Of a DNA stretch of 64,000 nt, positions 23,930 through 36,800 are shown piece after piece. The notes beneath the pieces are model-generated. The model was not told the origin of the DNA. It was given only the letters and a program-made list of their open reading frames with translations, and did no database searches. A program made the translations under genes and the position numbers. Origin of the DNA: Eledone cirrhosa (lineage: Eukaryota); NCBI GenBank assembly GCA_964016885.1, contig OZ024741.1:136710001-136774000 (forward strand), given 5' to 3'. Each line of letters starts with the position of its first letter. Positions within the stretch are counted from its first letter, which is position 1.

Positions 23930-26900
23930 GTTTCTTCTTTAGCGTGCACTCCCAAAGCCCTGCGGTGGTGGGCGACCGGTGGAGGTAACAGATGGAGGTA
24001 ACCTCTGGGCGGCCTGGATGCGCAAGTCGTTCTCCTCCTGACCCTGGGATGACAGAGGAGATCAGGCGTTCCACCGGGCGACTGAGCATCCCTTATCAGG
24101 AGCACTGCTCACCCTCGCACGAGGGGAGGGGAGATAAAAGGAGCCCTAACCAAATGCTCGCCCCACACAAAGCCGGCCAGTCTACCGCGGCTGGCGGTTT
24201 TACCCTTGCAAGCGGTCGAAACCAACATAATAGAAAGAAGAACTTGATTCTTGGCGCATGGAATGTGCGCATCCTCGTGGATAGAGAAACCTCCTTGAGG
24301 ACAGAGAGAACTGCCCTCATAGCGAGGGAATTAGCTCGCTACCGGATCGACATAGCCGCCCTCAGCGAGACTAGACTTACCGAAGAAGGATCAGTAGCAG
24401 AACCGAAAGGAGGCTACACCTTCTTCTGGAAGGGCAATGCAAAGGACGAGGATAGAATCCACGGGGTAGGCCTGGCCATCAGGACTTCACTCTGCAAGCA
24501 GCTACCAGACCTCCCAACACCTGTGAGTGAGCGGCTGATGAAGCTCCGCTTCCCCCTCGACCCATCTCGGCATGTCACAGTCACCAACGCGTACGCCCCA
24601 GCAGCGATGCAGCAAAGGACGCTTTCTACGGGGAACTCAACGCACTCGTGAAGTGTGCCCCCCCCCCCCCCAAGCGATAAACTCATCCTACTGGGGGACT
24701 TCAACGCAAGAGTCGGGTCCGACAGCAGCAACTGGAGAGGCGTGCTGGGACCTCACGGCACAGGGAAGCTGAACTCTAACGGCCTCATACTGTTGAGTTT
24801 CTGCGCCGAGAACGACCTCACCATCACCAGCACACTGTTCCACCAGGCAGACAAGTTCAAGACGACATGGATGCACCCCCGATCCAAACAGTGGCATCTG
24901 ATTGACTTTGCCATGTGCCGCAGGAGGGACATCCGTGACGTCAGAATCACCAGGGACATGCGTGGTGCAGAGTGTTGGACCGATCATCGCCTTGTCAGGA
25001 CCATCCTGTCAATGCACATCACCCCGGCGCATCGCAAGACTCTGAAAGTCTGTAGGCCAGCTTTCGACGTCGCACGACTCAAGCAGCCAGAGCATCGTGA
25101 TGCGTTCGCGGAAGACCTGGACGGCTGGCTGACTGCCCATCGACCACTGACCGGACCCCCAACTCAACAGTGAGACCAGTTCAGGTCGCTAGTGACAGAG
25201 TCAGCCAAGGCAACCATCGGGCCGAGGAAGAGAGTCCACCAGAACTGGTTTGATGAAAACGATGAGCGCATCAGACAACTCGTGGACGAGAAGAGGAGGG
25301 CTTTCATTGAGTGGCAGAATTACAGCTCCTCCACCTCGAAGCGCGACCGCTTCAAGCACCTCCAGAGGCAGACCTAAGCAGCGCTACGCAGAATGCAGGA
25401 CAAGTGGTGGGGAAAGAAGGCCGAAGAAGTCGAGAGATACGCTGACACAAAGAACTCCAAGATGTTCTTCAGCGCCATCGGGGACGTCTACGGACCCCCA
25501 AGCCTGACCACACCGCTGCTGTCTGCTAACGGCTCGATCCTGCTGAAAGAGAAGAGCAGCATCAACTCGAGGTGGAGAAAGTACTTCAGTAACCTGCTCA
25601 ACAGGCCCTCCACTGTCGACCCTGCCCTCTACGACCAGGTCCCACAGAAACCCGTAGTCGGCAGCCTCGACCTCCCCCACATGTTGGATGAAGGCACAAA
25701 GGCAATCAACCAGACCAGCTCTGGAAAGGCCCCTGGGAAGGACGGGATTCCTGCCGAGATCTTCAAGTCGGCCGGTTCAGCTGCCCTGGGGGGGGGACCT
25801 TCCACACCCTCCTCGTCAGCATATGGGAGGAAGAAGAGGTGCCCAAAGACTTCAGGGATGCCACAGTTGTCTCGCTTTTTAAGAGCAAAGGCAGCAAAAC
25901 TCACTGTGGCAACTATCGTGACATTTCTCTCCTGTCCATCGCTGGGAAGGTCCTGGCTCGGGTCATGCTCAACCGCCTCATCGCGGAGGACAACCTGCCT
26001 GAGGCTCAGTGTGGGTTCCGCCCAAACCGCAGCACGATCGACATGATCTTCTCTGTACGCCAGGTACAGGAACAGTGTGTCGAGCAGAACATGGACTTCT
26101 TTGGCGTCTTCATAGACTTGACGAAGGCCTTCGACACTGTCAACAGGAGGCCCTCTGGTCGATCCTGTCGAAGTTTGGATGCCCGACAAAGTTTGTGAAA
26201 CGGCAATTCCATGACTACTTGACCGAGCAGGTGCGCTCAGGCGGAGAGGCATCGGAGCCGTTCGGAATCACCAACGGCGTCAAGCAAGGATGCGTGCTGG
26301 CTCCCGTCCTCTTCAACCTGTTCTTCGTCTGCGTGATGAAAATGCCGTCAGGGACCACGAGCACGGAGTGTATCTGCGATACAGACTGGACGGCTCCCTG
26401 TTTGACCTGCGGCGCCTGACGGCCAAGACAAGGACCGTGCAGAGGATCGTCCTGGGGGCATTTTTTGCTGACGACCGTGCCCTCATGGCCCACAGGGAGT
26501 CTGACCTCCAAGTCATCGTCAGCAAGTTCGCGGAGGCCTCCTGTCTCTTCGGTCTCACAATTAGCCTTGGCAAGATTGAGGTCTTCTTCCAGCCTGCACC
26601 TGCCTCCGTCGCCCACCCTCCTTCCATCTCCATCGGAGGCACCCAGCTAAAGACGGTGGACGACTTCAAGTACCTCGGCAGTGTCATCAGCAGCGATGGA
26701 AGCCTTGACAGGGAGATAAACGCCAGAATCTGCAAGGCCAGTCAAGCCCTCGGCCGCCTGAGGACACGCGTCCTGAATAAGCACAACATCAGTCTGTCCA
26801 CCAAGCTCAAGGTGTACAGGGCCGTTGTTCTCACCAGCCTCCTCTACGGATGTGAGACATGGACCCTGTACAGAAGGCGCCTGAAGCAGCTGTAATGGTT

Positions 26901-27460
26901 CCACATGCGCAGCCTGCTGTCAATCATGAACATCAAATGGCAGGACAAGGTCTCCAACCTCGAAGTTCTTGACATGGCTGAGACAACCAGTGTCGAAGCT
27001 ATGATACTGAAGAGCCGACTTCGATGGGTGGGACATGTCATCCGGATTGACGATCACAGGCTTCCGAAGCAACTGATGTATGGGGAACTCTGTTCGAGGA
27101 AAAGAAAGCGGGGCAGGCCTCTCGAGAAGTTCAAAGACTGCGTGAAGTCCAGTATCAACAACACTGGAATCGCGCCAAAACAACTCTAGTCCCATGCTCA
27201 GGAAAGGACTGAGTGGCGAGCCCTTACCAGACGCGCCAAAGACTCCTTTGAAGAGAAGAGACGGTCAGAGATCACTGAGGCCCATGAAAGGAGGAGAAAG
27301 GCATCAACAGCTGCCCCAAGCGATTCCGGGCTCTTCCCCTGCCCCCACTGTCCACGGACCTGCAAGTCAATGATCGGCCTCCACAGCCACCTTCGTGTTC
27401 ATGGCAGACGGGAACTAAAATAAAGAAGATGTCATCATCGTTTACGATGGACAACCAAGA
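23930..27460 (+). mobile_element. GC-rich near-full-length RTE (BovB-like) LINE, pseudogenised
   Basis: [73 protein letters not shown], terminal CPHC zinc finger. Confidence 0.95.
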
Positions 27461-28149
27461 TGTATGTATGTTCAATAAGAAGTTCCCTTTTCCATTCACG
27501 ATATACTGGGTTCTAACCTCAAGTTTGGTGTTTGGAACATAACTTAACAAATATTCTTATATACACTTTAACCTTCTCGTTACCATAGTTCTAATGACAG
27601 ACACTGCCAATGACAGACACTGCCAATTTTGAGGGATTTAGTAATATAACTAACTTTCTCATTATTTATCTGACACTTTAAATGAGTGGTAAGAAACTCT
27701 CAGTAGAACTGGACAGCAGGTCTTCAGAAAAGAAAACCTCCTCAGGAAAGTGTTTCGGCCCTTAATATTTTACACACTAAGGGGGCCAGGCCACATCAAG
27801 GTCATCATTCCTGGGTACCCTTCTGATGATATCTAGCCACTCGGATATCGGAGACTTGTATATTTTAACAGTATGAAAATTTGTTGACAAGATTTAGTTG
27901 GAACTCCTCTCCGTTGTCTCTGATTTCAAACTTTTATTTAAACGCTTTCTTGAGTTTGGAAATATAACGTTGGTACTCATGGCAGCGGTGAAACGTCAAC
28001 AGTGTCACCGCCTCCACTGATACAACAGCCATGACTCACTCAAAGTTATTTTCCAAACACGATGCCCACAAACGATATAGAGGTCATTTTTGTTCCTCCT
28101 CGACCAGATCCCGCTGGAACTTCTCTTTGGGGCTTAGTTTCTCGTCTTC

Positions 28150-28480
28150 TCAGAGACTGAAAGCTGTTTCATGAGATTGTAGACAGATTTGCCCTAAAAG
28201 CCTCTGGCTCCAACCTCTATGGCGAGAAATTTGACCCGGAAGCTGGCTTTTATCAGTTTTTTAGTCAAACTGGCGTATTTTTCGGTTTTGAATATGTGTG
28301 CTTCTTCTAATCTACTTTGAAAAGGCACGACGAGTTCAATCAAAATTAGCTGTTTAAAGAAATGGAGTACGATATCCGGCCTCAAGCCACCCCTCCTGGT
28401 GAGGTTTTGTTGTTTTACCGATCCTGGGAAGTCTGCTATACACTCCCACTCCCAGAAGACTCGATTCCCGCGCCCTGTAT
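28150..28480 (-). mobile_element. Hero/NeSL-like RLE LINE fragment
   Basis: LRPDIVL...LIELVVPF...A...K.EKY..L...AIEVGARGF. Confidence 0.65.
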
Positions 28481-29194
28481 CGCATAGCTGTACTTAGCCA
28501 TGATTTGCTACCTCATGGAAAGTTTTTTAATGACTATCAACATTTTAAAACAAACAGTATTGTATCGAACAGGCAGAGGCGGATTCAGGCAGTTTGATAT
28601 GGAAAAAGTATTTTTCAATTTCAGAAACACTTTAACTTCTTGAATCTTTATATAAAAATCACTTTCATTTATCTATTCAATTTGACTAGGTGATTGATTT
28701 TATGAAGCGTTTTAAAGAGTAGTTTTCGCTCTCTTGATATGCTGTGATGTTGTCTATTTTATAACATTATTTGATAAGAGATAGTTGAGTTTAGAACGGC
28801 TTCTACAAAAACATAAAAATTTCGCGATAAAAGCACGAAACTGTTCGTCTGAAAATGATATAACAACCTCCTTTGAGTGACAAGGCTAGTTTTATAGAGT
28901 CAGATAAATTGAGTCAGTTTATTACTAGAACTTATTTTCTATCATGCAGCATTTCAAAAGTAAAATCGATTTTAGATGGTGTATTGCGGTAAAATTATTT
29001 GGAAATGGAGTGTAGTATTTAGAAACAATAGGCTATGTTTGATTTGCACACCTTTTCATTTCATTGCATAATTAGAAAAAGAATATTTCAGAAAATGTTA
29101 ACCAAACACGTTAACGTAGATAGCCAGATGAAAATGTTTCGCAATATTTTCTTGTGATGGGGCATCTGGTAGACAGAATCTATGCAGACGACCG

Positions 29195-29238
<44 letters not shown>

Positions 29239-29266
29239 ACACGTATATATATATATATATATATAT

Positions 29267-29447
29267 CAGGTAGGGTGTGGTAAAAACCAGCTAGACCATA
29301 ACCCACCAGAGTACTCGATACTTGGGTTAGTAGAGTGGGTATCATAAAAAGATTCAGGACCCCGACGGCTGAGCTGGATCCGAACTCGTGTTCGGATCTA
29401 ACTGTCGAAACGACCGGAGCTCAGCCGTCGGGGTCCTGAATCTTTTC

Positions 29448-29450
<3 letters not shown>
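29267..29450. repeat. Two-armed inverted element in (TA)n with HHR-like 3' half
   Basis: Perfect 29-bp arms at 29347-29375 and 29418-29446; internal hairpin GGATCCGAAC-tcgt-GTTCGGATCT followed by CGAAA. Confidence 0.65.
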
Positions 29451-29498
<48 letters not shown>

Positions 29499-29661
29499 CA
29501 ATTATGTAATAAACAAAACAATACAATTATTCCATTTACCAAAGGTTTCACGAAGACTTTGGTAAATGGAATAATTGTATTGTGTTGTTTATTACATAAT
29601 TAAATAGCTCTGTAGTATACATACAGCACTCTCCCTTCCTTTACCCTTTCTACGAAAATAC

Positions 29662-29665
<4 letters not shown>
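29499..29665. repeat. Inverted-repeat insertion in (TA)n
   Basis: ~47-bp arms at 29499-29545 and 29558-29602, followed by a unique tail. Confidence 0.75.
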
Positions 29666-29749
<84 letters not shown>

Positions 29750-29751
<2 letters not shown>

Positions 29752-29990
29752 ATAAACGACAACAGAAGGCCAGACTGGAAAATATGCTTTAAAATTTAAT
29801 AATTTTAAAGCATATTTTCCAGTTCGGCCTTCTGTTGTCGTTTATTATATACTTTACTCCGTTCCTGCACCAACCACTGGGTACCACATCTACGATGGAA
29901 GACCTGAATAACATTGAGTGGTTTGATTGATTTGCTACATCCAGAACCACCACTTCTGCCCATTGGTAATCAAAATATCTTAAATGGTAA
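29750..29990. repeat. Inverted-repeat insertion in (TA)n with ACTC/GAGT motif
   Basis: ~47-bp arms at 29751-29797 and 29802-29848; the right arm continues to ~29990. Confidence 0.75.
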
Positions 29991-30015
29991 ATATATATAT
30001 ATATATATATATATA

Positions 30016-30450
30016 CAATATATTAATAAATGGAAACTATATTTATAAAACCATATTTATTTCATTATACATATTTCAAGGGCCACCAGAGCAAACTATG
30101 GTGCGCTTTCATCAGATAAAATATAATATAGGTTAGTTTTATAAATAAATATTGACATACCCTTAAAAAAGCAACCATTCTGGTTGTATCTCCTGGATAG
30201 TGGAGTTATTAGATATATTGTTGGTTTATTATGCAACTAACCTATATTATATTTTATCTGATGGAAGCGTACCATAGTTTGCTCTGGTGGCCCTTGAAAT
30301 ATGTATAATGAAATAAATATGGTTTTATAAATATAGTTTCCATTTAATAATATATTGTATATTTACTCCAATAATTTGTTGAGTGCTTTATATCAGTTAT
30401 AAAAATATTTTGCTTGTTGTATCCCAACAAATTAAATATAACCTCTACAT
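30016..30450. mobile_element. HHR element family H1, two opposed arms
   Basis: ~30016-30136 is the reverse complement of ~30235-30360. Intact core on the - arm (tcatcag ~30110); CTGATGG on the + arm. Confidence 0.85.
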
Positions 30451-30451
30451 T

Positions 30452-30514
<63 letters not shown>

Positions 30515-30623
30515 ATATATATATAAGAGATGTCAACATGAATGAACTTGTTATTTTTATCTAAAGACCTTTTTTCCAATTCCATCTTGCCCGTCCCCTC
30601 AATCTATCTTATTTCTCATTCTT

Positions 30624-30659
30624 TCTTCTGATGAAGGACTAGCGTCCGAAACGTTAAGA
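30624..30659 (+). ncRNA. Minimal type I hammerhead ribozyme
   Basis: TCTT-CTGATGA-A-GGAC tagc GTCC-GAAA-CG-TT-AAGA, inside a ~220-bp insert (30525-30745) between microsatellites. Confidence 0.88.
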
Positions 30660-30745
30660 CCCTCTTCCTGCTATATCAAGCGTTAACCTAATATATCCCT
30701 TTCATATACTGTACCGATTGTGTTATTTCTGTTTACCTTTTACAT

Positions 30746-30825
<80 letters not shown>

Positions 30826-30892
30826 ATGCGGTTGATGGCTAAGAGAAAGGAGTACTCGATACCGAAGTAGAGTTTTAATATTCATTTTATTA

Positions 30893-31060
30893 AGGCCAGA
30901 AATTATCCCAGTGTATTACTGGTACTTTATTTTATCGACCCCGTAGGGATGAAAGGCAAAGTTAACCTCGGCGGGATTTGAACTCAGACCATAAAGGGCC
31001 GTAACTCTTTGCTGCAAAGCACGGCGTCTGACCCTCTACCGATACTGCCAATACACCGCC
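30893..31060 (-). mobile_element. SINE S1 inserted into the left arm of an HHR element
   Basis: Reverse complement of S1; gccttaataa on both sides (minus strand) is a possible target-site duplication. Confidence 0.8.
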
Positions 31061-31111
31061 ATTATTAAGGCTAAATAATGAGTCTTGTTATTCCGGAGTT
31101 TCGCATGTTTA

Positions 31112-31161
31112 TCTTGTCTGATGACCTTGTGATAAACAGGCGAAACTCCAGAATAACAAGA
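31112..31161 (+). ncRNA. Type I hammerhead ribozyme with its 3' half duplicated inverted at 31081-31111
   Basis: TCTTGT-CTGATGA-CCTTGT..ACAGG-CGAAA-CTCC(A/G)GAA-TA-ACAAGA. Confidence 0.75.
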
Positions 31162-31222
31162 CTGACTATTATATATATGAGCTCCGGCCGTTTCCACCTG
31201 GTTCCTTTCCACACTTTCTTTG

Positions 31223-31300
<78 letters not shown>

Positions 31301-31817
31301 AAATTTAGCGAGAATCGCCTTTTGGCGAGTAAAAATTAGCGAAACGCAACTTCCGAATTGTGTTGGCAAGCGCTCAATGGATATGAAGATACCAGAGCTA
31401 TAAACATAAGTTAAAAGGGCCATACAAAACTGAGACGATGGTTAAGAAGCCATTAACCACCTAAGCCAAAAAACCGAGCAAGTTGAGCGGGTGAAACAAA
31501 ATAAGATATGATTGAAATATTTACCCGGACCTTCGGGAATGATGGTAAAATCCGATATAGGATTTCTGCGACACCTAAATCAATAATACTGTCTGCTTAT
31601 AAAAAATAATATGCTTTTGGTATAATGATCGAACAAGGATATCATTTTCTCAACAGGCATTTCGTTCTGCGTGCGCCAGAATCTCACAGTGTTCGAAAGC
31701 ACTTGTGAACTCCAAAGGGGAGAAAACCCCTAGTTTTGGCAAATGATGTATGTGAAGTCATTGCAAAAGTTTTCAAAAATAGCACAAAACGAATTAAGCT
31801 TTCGACCGAGTAGTTTA

Positions 31818-31870
<53 letters not shown>

Positions 31871-32485
31871 GTGTAATGGACTTAGTCCGAAGAGAATTAA
31901 TACTGCCAAATAATAATATTTAATAATATTTTCAAGCTCAATGTATCAAGCTCAATGTATCATTTTAAATAGGAACAGAAATTCAGAAGAGATGTTATTT
32001 AAAGAATAGAAGAATTTAGGGACATATGATAACACAGAGCATGTATAACAATATGAGATGACAGTAGATTTCTTTAAGCTATTTAATAGCTTTACAAATG
32101 TTTCAAAAGATCTTATTCAATTAATGATTATGTTATTTCAATTTACTTAAAGAGGAAAAATACTGAGTATAACAAAGCATTATAAAATATTGTATATCTT
32201 CAGAATCACTGCAAACGGTTATCCAATGACTTGTAATTCAACAAGCCTGCCGTCAGAAAACTACATAAAATTTTCCGAAAGTAGAATTTTTCTTATAATC
32301 CTCTGGAGGTCGATTTAAATAAAATACTAGGCAAATATCGTGTTGACTTTCGCTGACCTCCAAATGACTGGCCTTGTGTCTACATTAGAATCAATTATTA
32401 TCAAATGTATTACGTTAATAATAATAAAATATTATTAAAATATATTAGTAATAATTATACTTTATTATAATTATACGTATAAAAA

Positions 32486-32910
32486 GGGCGGTGGATTGGC
32501 AGTATCGGTAGAGGGTCGGACGCCATGGTTTGCAGCATGGAGTTACGGTCCTTTACGATCTGAGTTCAAATCCCGCCGAGGTTAACTTTGCCTTTCATCC
32601 TTACGGGGTCGATAAAATAAAATACCAGTAATGCACTGTGATGATTGCTGGCCTTGTGCCAAAAGTAGAAACAATTTTAATTATACGTATAAAAAGCAGA
32701 AAATTGGCAGAATTGTTAGAGTCGAACAAAATGTTTTGCAGCATTTAGTTACGGCCTTTTGCGTTCTGATTTCAAATTTCGCTGAGGTAAACTTTGTTAT
32801 TCATCCCTCCGGGGTTAATAATAAAAAATACCTGTCACATACTGGAGGTAGATGTAATTGGCTTCCCACCCTCCACAAACTGTCTACCTTGAGTCTAAAT
32901 TAGAAATCAA
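32486..32910 (+). mobile_element. Two tandem S1 SINE copies (second degenerate)
   Basis: S1 consensus match. Confidence 0.8.
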
Positions 32911-33695
32911 ATTAAAAAGACAAAAACATTATTATCATATGTATTAGGTTGACGCAAGCTGGGTTAAGTGGTTATGAAGTTCGCTTCTCAATCATAAGGT
33001 CCAAGGTTTGATCCCAGTGAATGACATCTTGGGTAAGTATACCATAGTCTAGAGTCAACCCAAGCCTTGTCAGTGAAACTATTGTGGAAGCCCGTCAGAT
33101 GAACTGTACCTGTAATACAAAGGACCAGCTTTGTTATATTGTGTCACGTTGATTCAGCCTGGGAATTATGTTAAGGATATACGTGTCTGTGGACTACTCA
33201 ACCTTTCAAACATTTATTCACGAACTGAATATTCAAGTGATCGAACACTTGAATGCTTTTGTCTAGAGCAGTGGACTGAAGGAATTATAAGAACGTCAGA
33301 TGAAATATTGTACAGTATTTATTTTGGCTTGTTGCTCTGTAGCCTATTTGGATGGTATCCATTAACTGGTTTCAAATCCCACTGTAGACTGCTTAGACAT
33401 AGTCCTTTGCATGCTTTAACAACAGAACCTGGCTTTTGGGTGCCTTTAGTGGAGTCCACTATGTTGCGAGCATAGGAGTTATGTCTCCAGTTGAAGGATA
33501 CATCTTTTCCTCTCTTTAGAGGCCCTGAAAAAGTCATTGCCACTGCCCTTCTCTCCCTGACCAAACAGCAAAAAACAAGCTTATAGCTTCATTTCTAAAT
33601 AGAGGCTTAACTCAACCCCTCTAACTCTCCCCCGTAAACTACAAATAAAATCCATTCCAAATGAACCCGAACCTCAAAGACACCTTAGGGAAAGA

Positions 33696-34556
33696 ATGGC
33701 ATTGGAAAAAATGAAGACAGAAATTGAACTTCTTAAACTGAGGGCCCAAACAAATGAGGAAAAAATCAAAACCATCGATGAAGAGATCCTCCTGGAAATC
33801 AACAACAAAACTGAAGGCCCCAAGGTAGAGAAGATCTCCAAATTATGGAAAGGGGACTGCAACAGAGAAGAACTGAAATCCCTTCAACGCTGGGAAAAAA
33901 GTGCCGCTTGGTTCCTACACTATGAATCGACTTTTCAAACGGATTACACCTCCAATAACCCGTTCATAAAAATAGGAAAACCCATAACTGAACCGCACAA
34001 CAACTTCTCAAACCCCCAAGCCTCTAACAAACGAAGAAGGAAGCACCACACCGAAGATGAACTTCCCAACCTCGCTACCATAAGAAGGAACAAAAACCCA
34101 AGAAATCATCTCCCCCAGAATGACATTTACAACTTTCCCCCTTCAAGGAGACACCATACCAAATCACTCAACTACTACGCGGATGCCTCATCGTCAAACA
34201 GAGGGAAAAGATACCACCGCCATGATAGATGTAACAACTTCCCCGCTTCAAGGGGACAGCAAGGTAATTACCATTTTCTCAACTCTCGCTTCCACAATAC
34301 ACAACAAACCCACACCACACGATACAACCAACAACGTAGGCCACTTATAACACCACAATACAACATGGCACATAGAAACACACACCCATACTCGCAGTAC
34401 AGGAATACCCCATTCAATCTACAACCACCAACCCGAACCACATTTTACAACAACAAGGAATATAACAAACACAGGAGACCACTTAACATCAGCAGACAAC
34501 CCCTCTACCCCAACCATTTTTTAGACACAGCACACAGATACAGGCAAACAAAATAA
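33696..34556 (+). CDS. PLE2 ORF1, predicted coiled-coil N-terminal part + low-complexity N/H/R/P-rich tail
   Basis: 286 aa from the ATG, frame open back to 33603. Same A/C-rich strand bias as ORF2, which it overlaps. Confidence 0.65.
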   Translation: MALEKMKTEIELLKLRAQTNEEKIKTIDEEILLEINNKTEGPKVEKISKLWKGDCNREELKSLQRWEKSAAWFLHYESTFQTDYTSNNPFIKIGKPITEPHNNFSNPQASNKRRRKHHTEDELPNLATIRRNKNPRNHLPQNDIYNFPPSRRHHTKSLNYYADASSSNRGKRYHRHDRCNNFPASRGQQGNYHFLNSRFHNTQQTHTTRYNQQRRPLITPQYNMAHRNTHPYSQYRNTPFNLQPPTRTTFYNNKEYNKHRRPLNISRQPLYPNHFLDTAHRYRQTK

Positions 34557-36800
34557 CACAAGACAGGGAGGAGAAACCGATAGTAATAAAAATTATCAAT
34601 CTTACTAGTGCAGAACCAACACCCAACCTTATCAACTTACTCTCCAAAGGTCTTAAATTCACACCGACCCCACTACGTCCTAACTACTATGAAATGAAGG
34701 AAGACATCACAGACTTCTGTAGAAAGTTACGACTTAGTGAACAACTATTCGACCAGTACAATGAGGATGAATCATTAGCCAGAAATAGAAGCAATTACAC
34801 CCCTTCAAAAGGTAGAAATAAAATCCTGGACGAATTCTGTGAACACATCACAAACTTTCCTTACCAACACTTGCACAGACAAAAATACAAGCCAAACCTC
34901 AACAAGAAAGAATGGGAAGAATTAAATAGATTAGAAACCGACAGAACCATTACAATTAAAGAGGCTGATAAAGGGAGTACAGTAGTCCTAATGGAGACAG
35001 AATTCTATATCAACTTAGCGCTCTCCACTTTGGAAAACGAAACATACTACGAAAAGGCTGAACACTACAATCAACAGAAAATTATGAGAAACCTAAAAAC
35101 TCTAATCAACCAATACAAAGAAGGACTCACTAACAAGGAATTCAGCTTCATCACAGACTTCACAAGTAAATCCAGCCTTTTCTACGGTATCCCTAAAGTA
35201 CATAAAAGCGAATCAATAAGTAAGGCATGCAAGGAAGCCACAGACATAGTCATCAATGTCCTCTCACCCAATGATCTCAAATTAAGACCTATAATAGCAA
35301 GCCCCGCTTGCGAAACGCACGGTCTTAGCAACTTCATTGATACCCTTCTCAAACCCTTCCTCAAGCACATCAAAAGCTATATAAGGGACGACCTAGATAT
35401 GCTCAATCACCTCCCTAATATGCCACTTCCTGAACAAACCCTACTAGTGACGTTCGATGTAGTCAACCTATACTCCAACATCCCCCACAACCTAGGGATA
35501 GAAGCTATCCAATTCTGGCTGGATAATTTCCACAATGAACTCCCACAACGCATCAAAAAAGAATTCGTGATAGAGGGACTCAAATTTATCTTGGAGAACA
35601 ATTACTTCGTTTTCAATAACAAACCCTACAGGCAGAAATCTGGGACCGCTATGGGAACGAAAACAGCCCCCACTTATGCCAACCTTGTCATGGGATACCT
35701 GGAAATCACCCTCTACACTAAAGTCCTAAACAAATTTGGAAACACCCTCCACTTACACATTGAAAGGAACTGGAAGCGATATCTAGATGACTGCTTCATC
35801 CTTTGGCACGAAAACATCGAAAAACTTAAAGAATTTCACACCCTTATAAATGGGCTCAACACAAATATTAACTTCACGATGGAATACAGCCATCAACAAC
35901 TCCCCTTCCTCGACATCCTCATTAAGATCCATAACAAAAAAATAGAAACAGACATATACTACAAGCCCACAGACTCCAAGCAATATCTCCCCTTCAACTC
36001 TTGCCACCCTAGACACGTTAAAATTAATATTCCCTACAACTTAGCCAAGAGAATCTGTACTATAGTCTCCAATAAAAACATCTGCTACTTACGGCTACAA
36101 GAACTAAAGGACACACTCATAGGCAGGGACTACCCTGCATCACTAATTGACAATGGAATCCAACGTGCCCTAAAACTCAGTACCCAGGACCTTAGACACC
36201 CTAAAGTAAATCAACCAAAACTAAAAGATCTTTGACACCATCCTCCAGAACATCCCTGTATTGAAAAAGGACCATAGAATGAACCAAATTCTACGAACAC
36301 ACAATATCATAAAGAGCAAAAGACAATCCAAGTCAATGAAAAACATCTTAACACATGCCAAAGTACTGCCAACCACAACAACGAAACCCACAGTAAAAAA
36401 ATGCGATAGACCCAACTGTGGCATTTGCATCAACCTAATAGAGGGTTCGGAATTCTATTTCAAAGATGGACAACGTTTTATAGTAAAACACAATTTCACA
36501 TGTGCATCGGAAAATCTAATATATGTATTAACTTGTTCAGGTTGTCGAGAACAATACATAGGCCAGACCAAAAACAGCCTCCGCCAACGCATGACTGTCC
36601 ATAGATCCCAAATTAAAATACGGGAATACAGGAAAATACCAGTGAGTGAACACATTGATACCTGTGCCGCCCAAAATCATCCCAACTTCAGAATCTTTCC
36701 CCTCTACAAATTTAAAGATAATGCCACCCACACCCAGCGCATCAGCAAGGAATCTTACTTCATTAACAAATACGGACCCCGTCTAAACACTTCTCCCTAA
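34487..36800 (+). pseudogene. PLE2 RT + GIY-YIG ORF2, broken by a deletion/frameshift at ~36230
   Basis: Frame open from 34487 with IINLTS...LLSKGLKFTPTP, IKEADKG, FYGIPKVHK, LRPIIAS, FDVVNLYSNIP, GTAMGT, RYLDD. 36261..36800 has CDRPNCGIC and NLIYVLTC..C...YIGQT. The YISTHNPRN block present in PLE1 is missing. Confidence 0.92.

Noticed and set aside
25629-27195. Long antisense ORFs over the GC-rich RTE
   Set aside because: Shadow frames caused by high GC; no motifs.
27820-27860. CTGATGA-TATC..GATA hammerhead-like start
   Set aside because: GAAA, stem III and the stem I partner are missing.
33131-33564. ORFs immediately upstream of PLE2 as part of the element
   Set aside because: Different composition and no PLE motifs; they overlap SINE and other repeat fragments.
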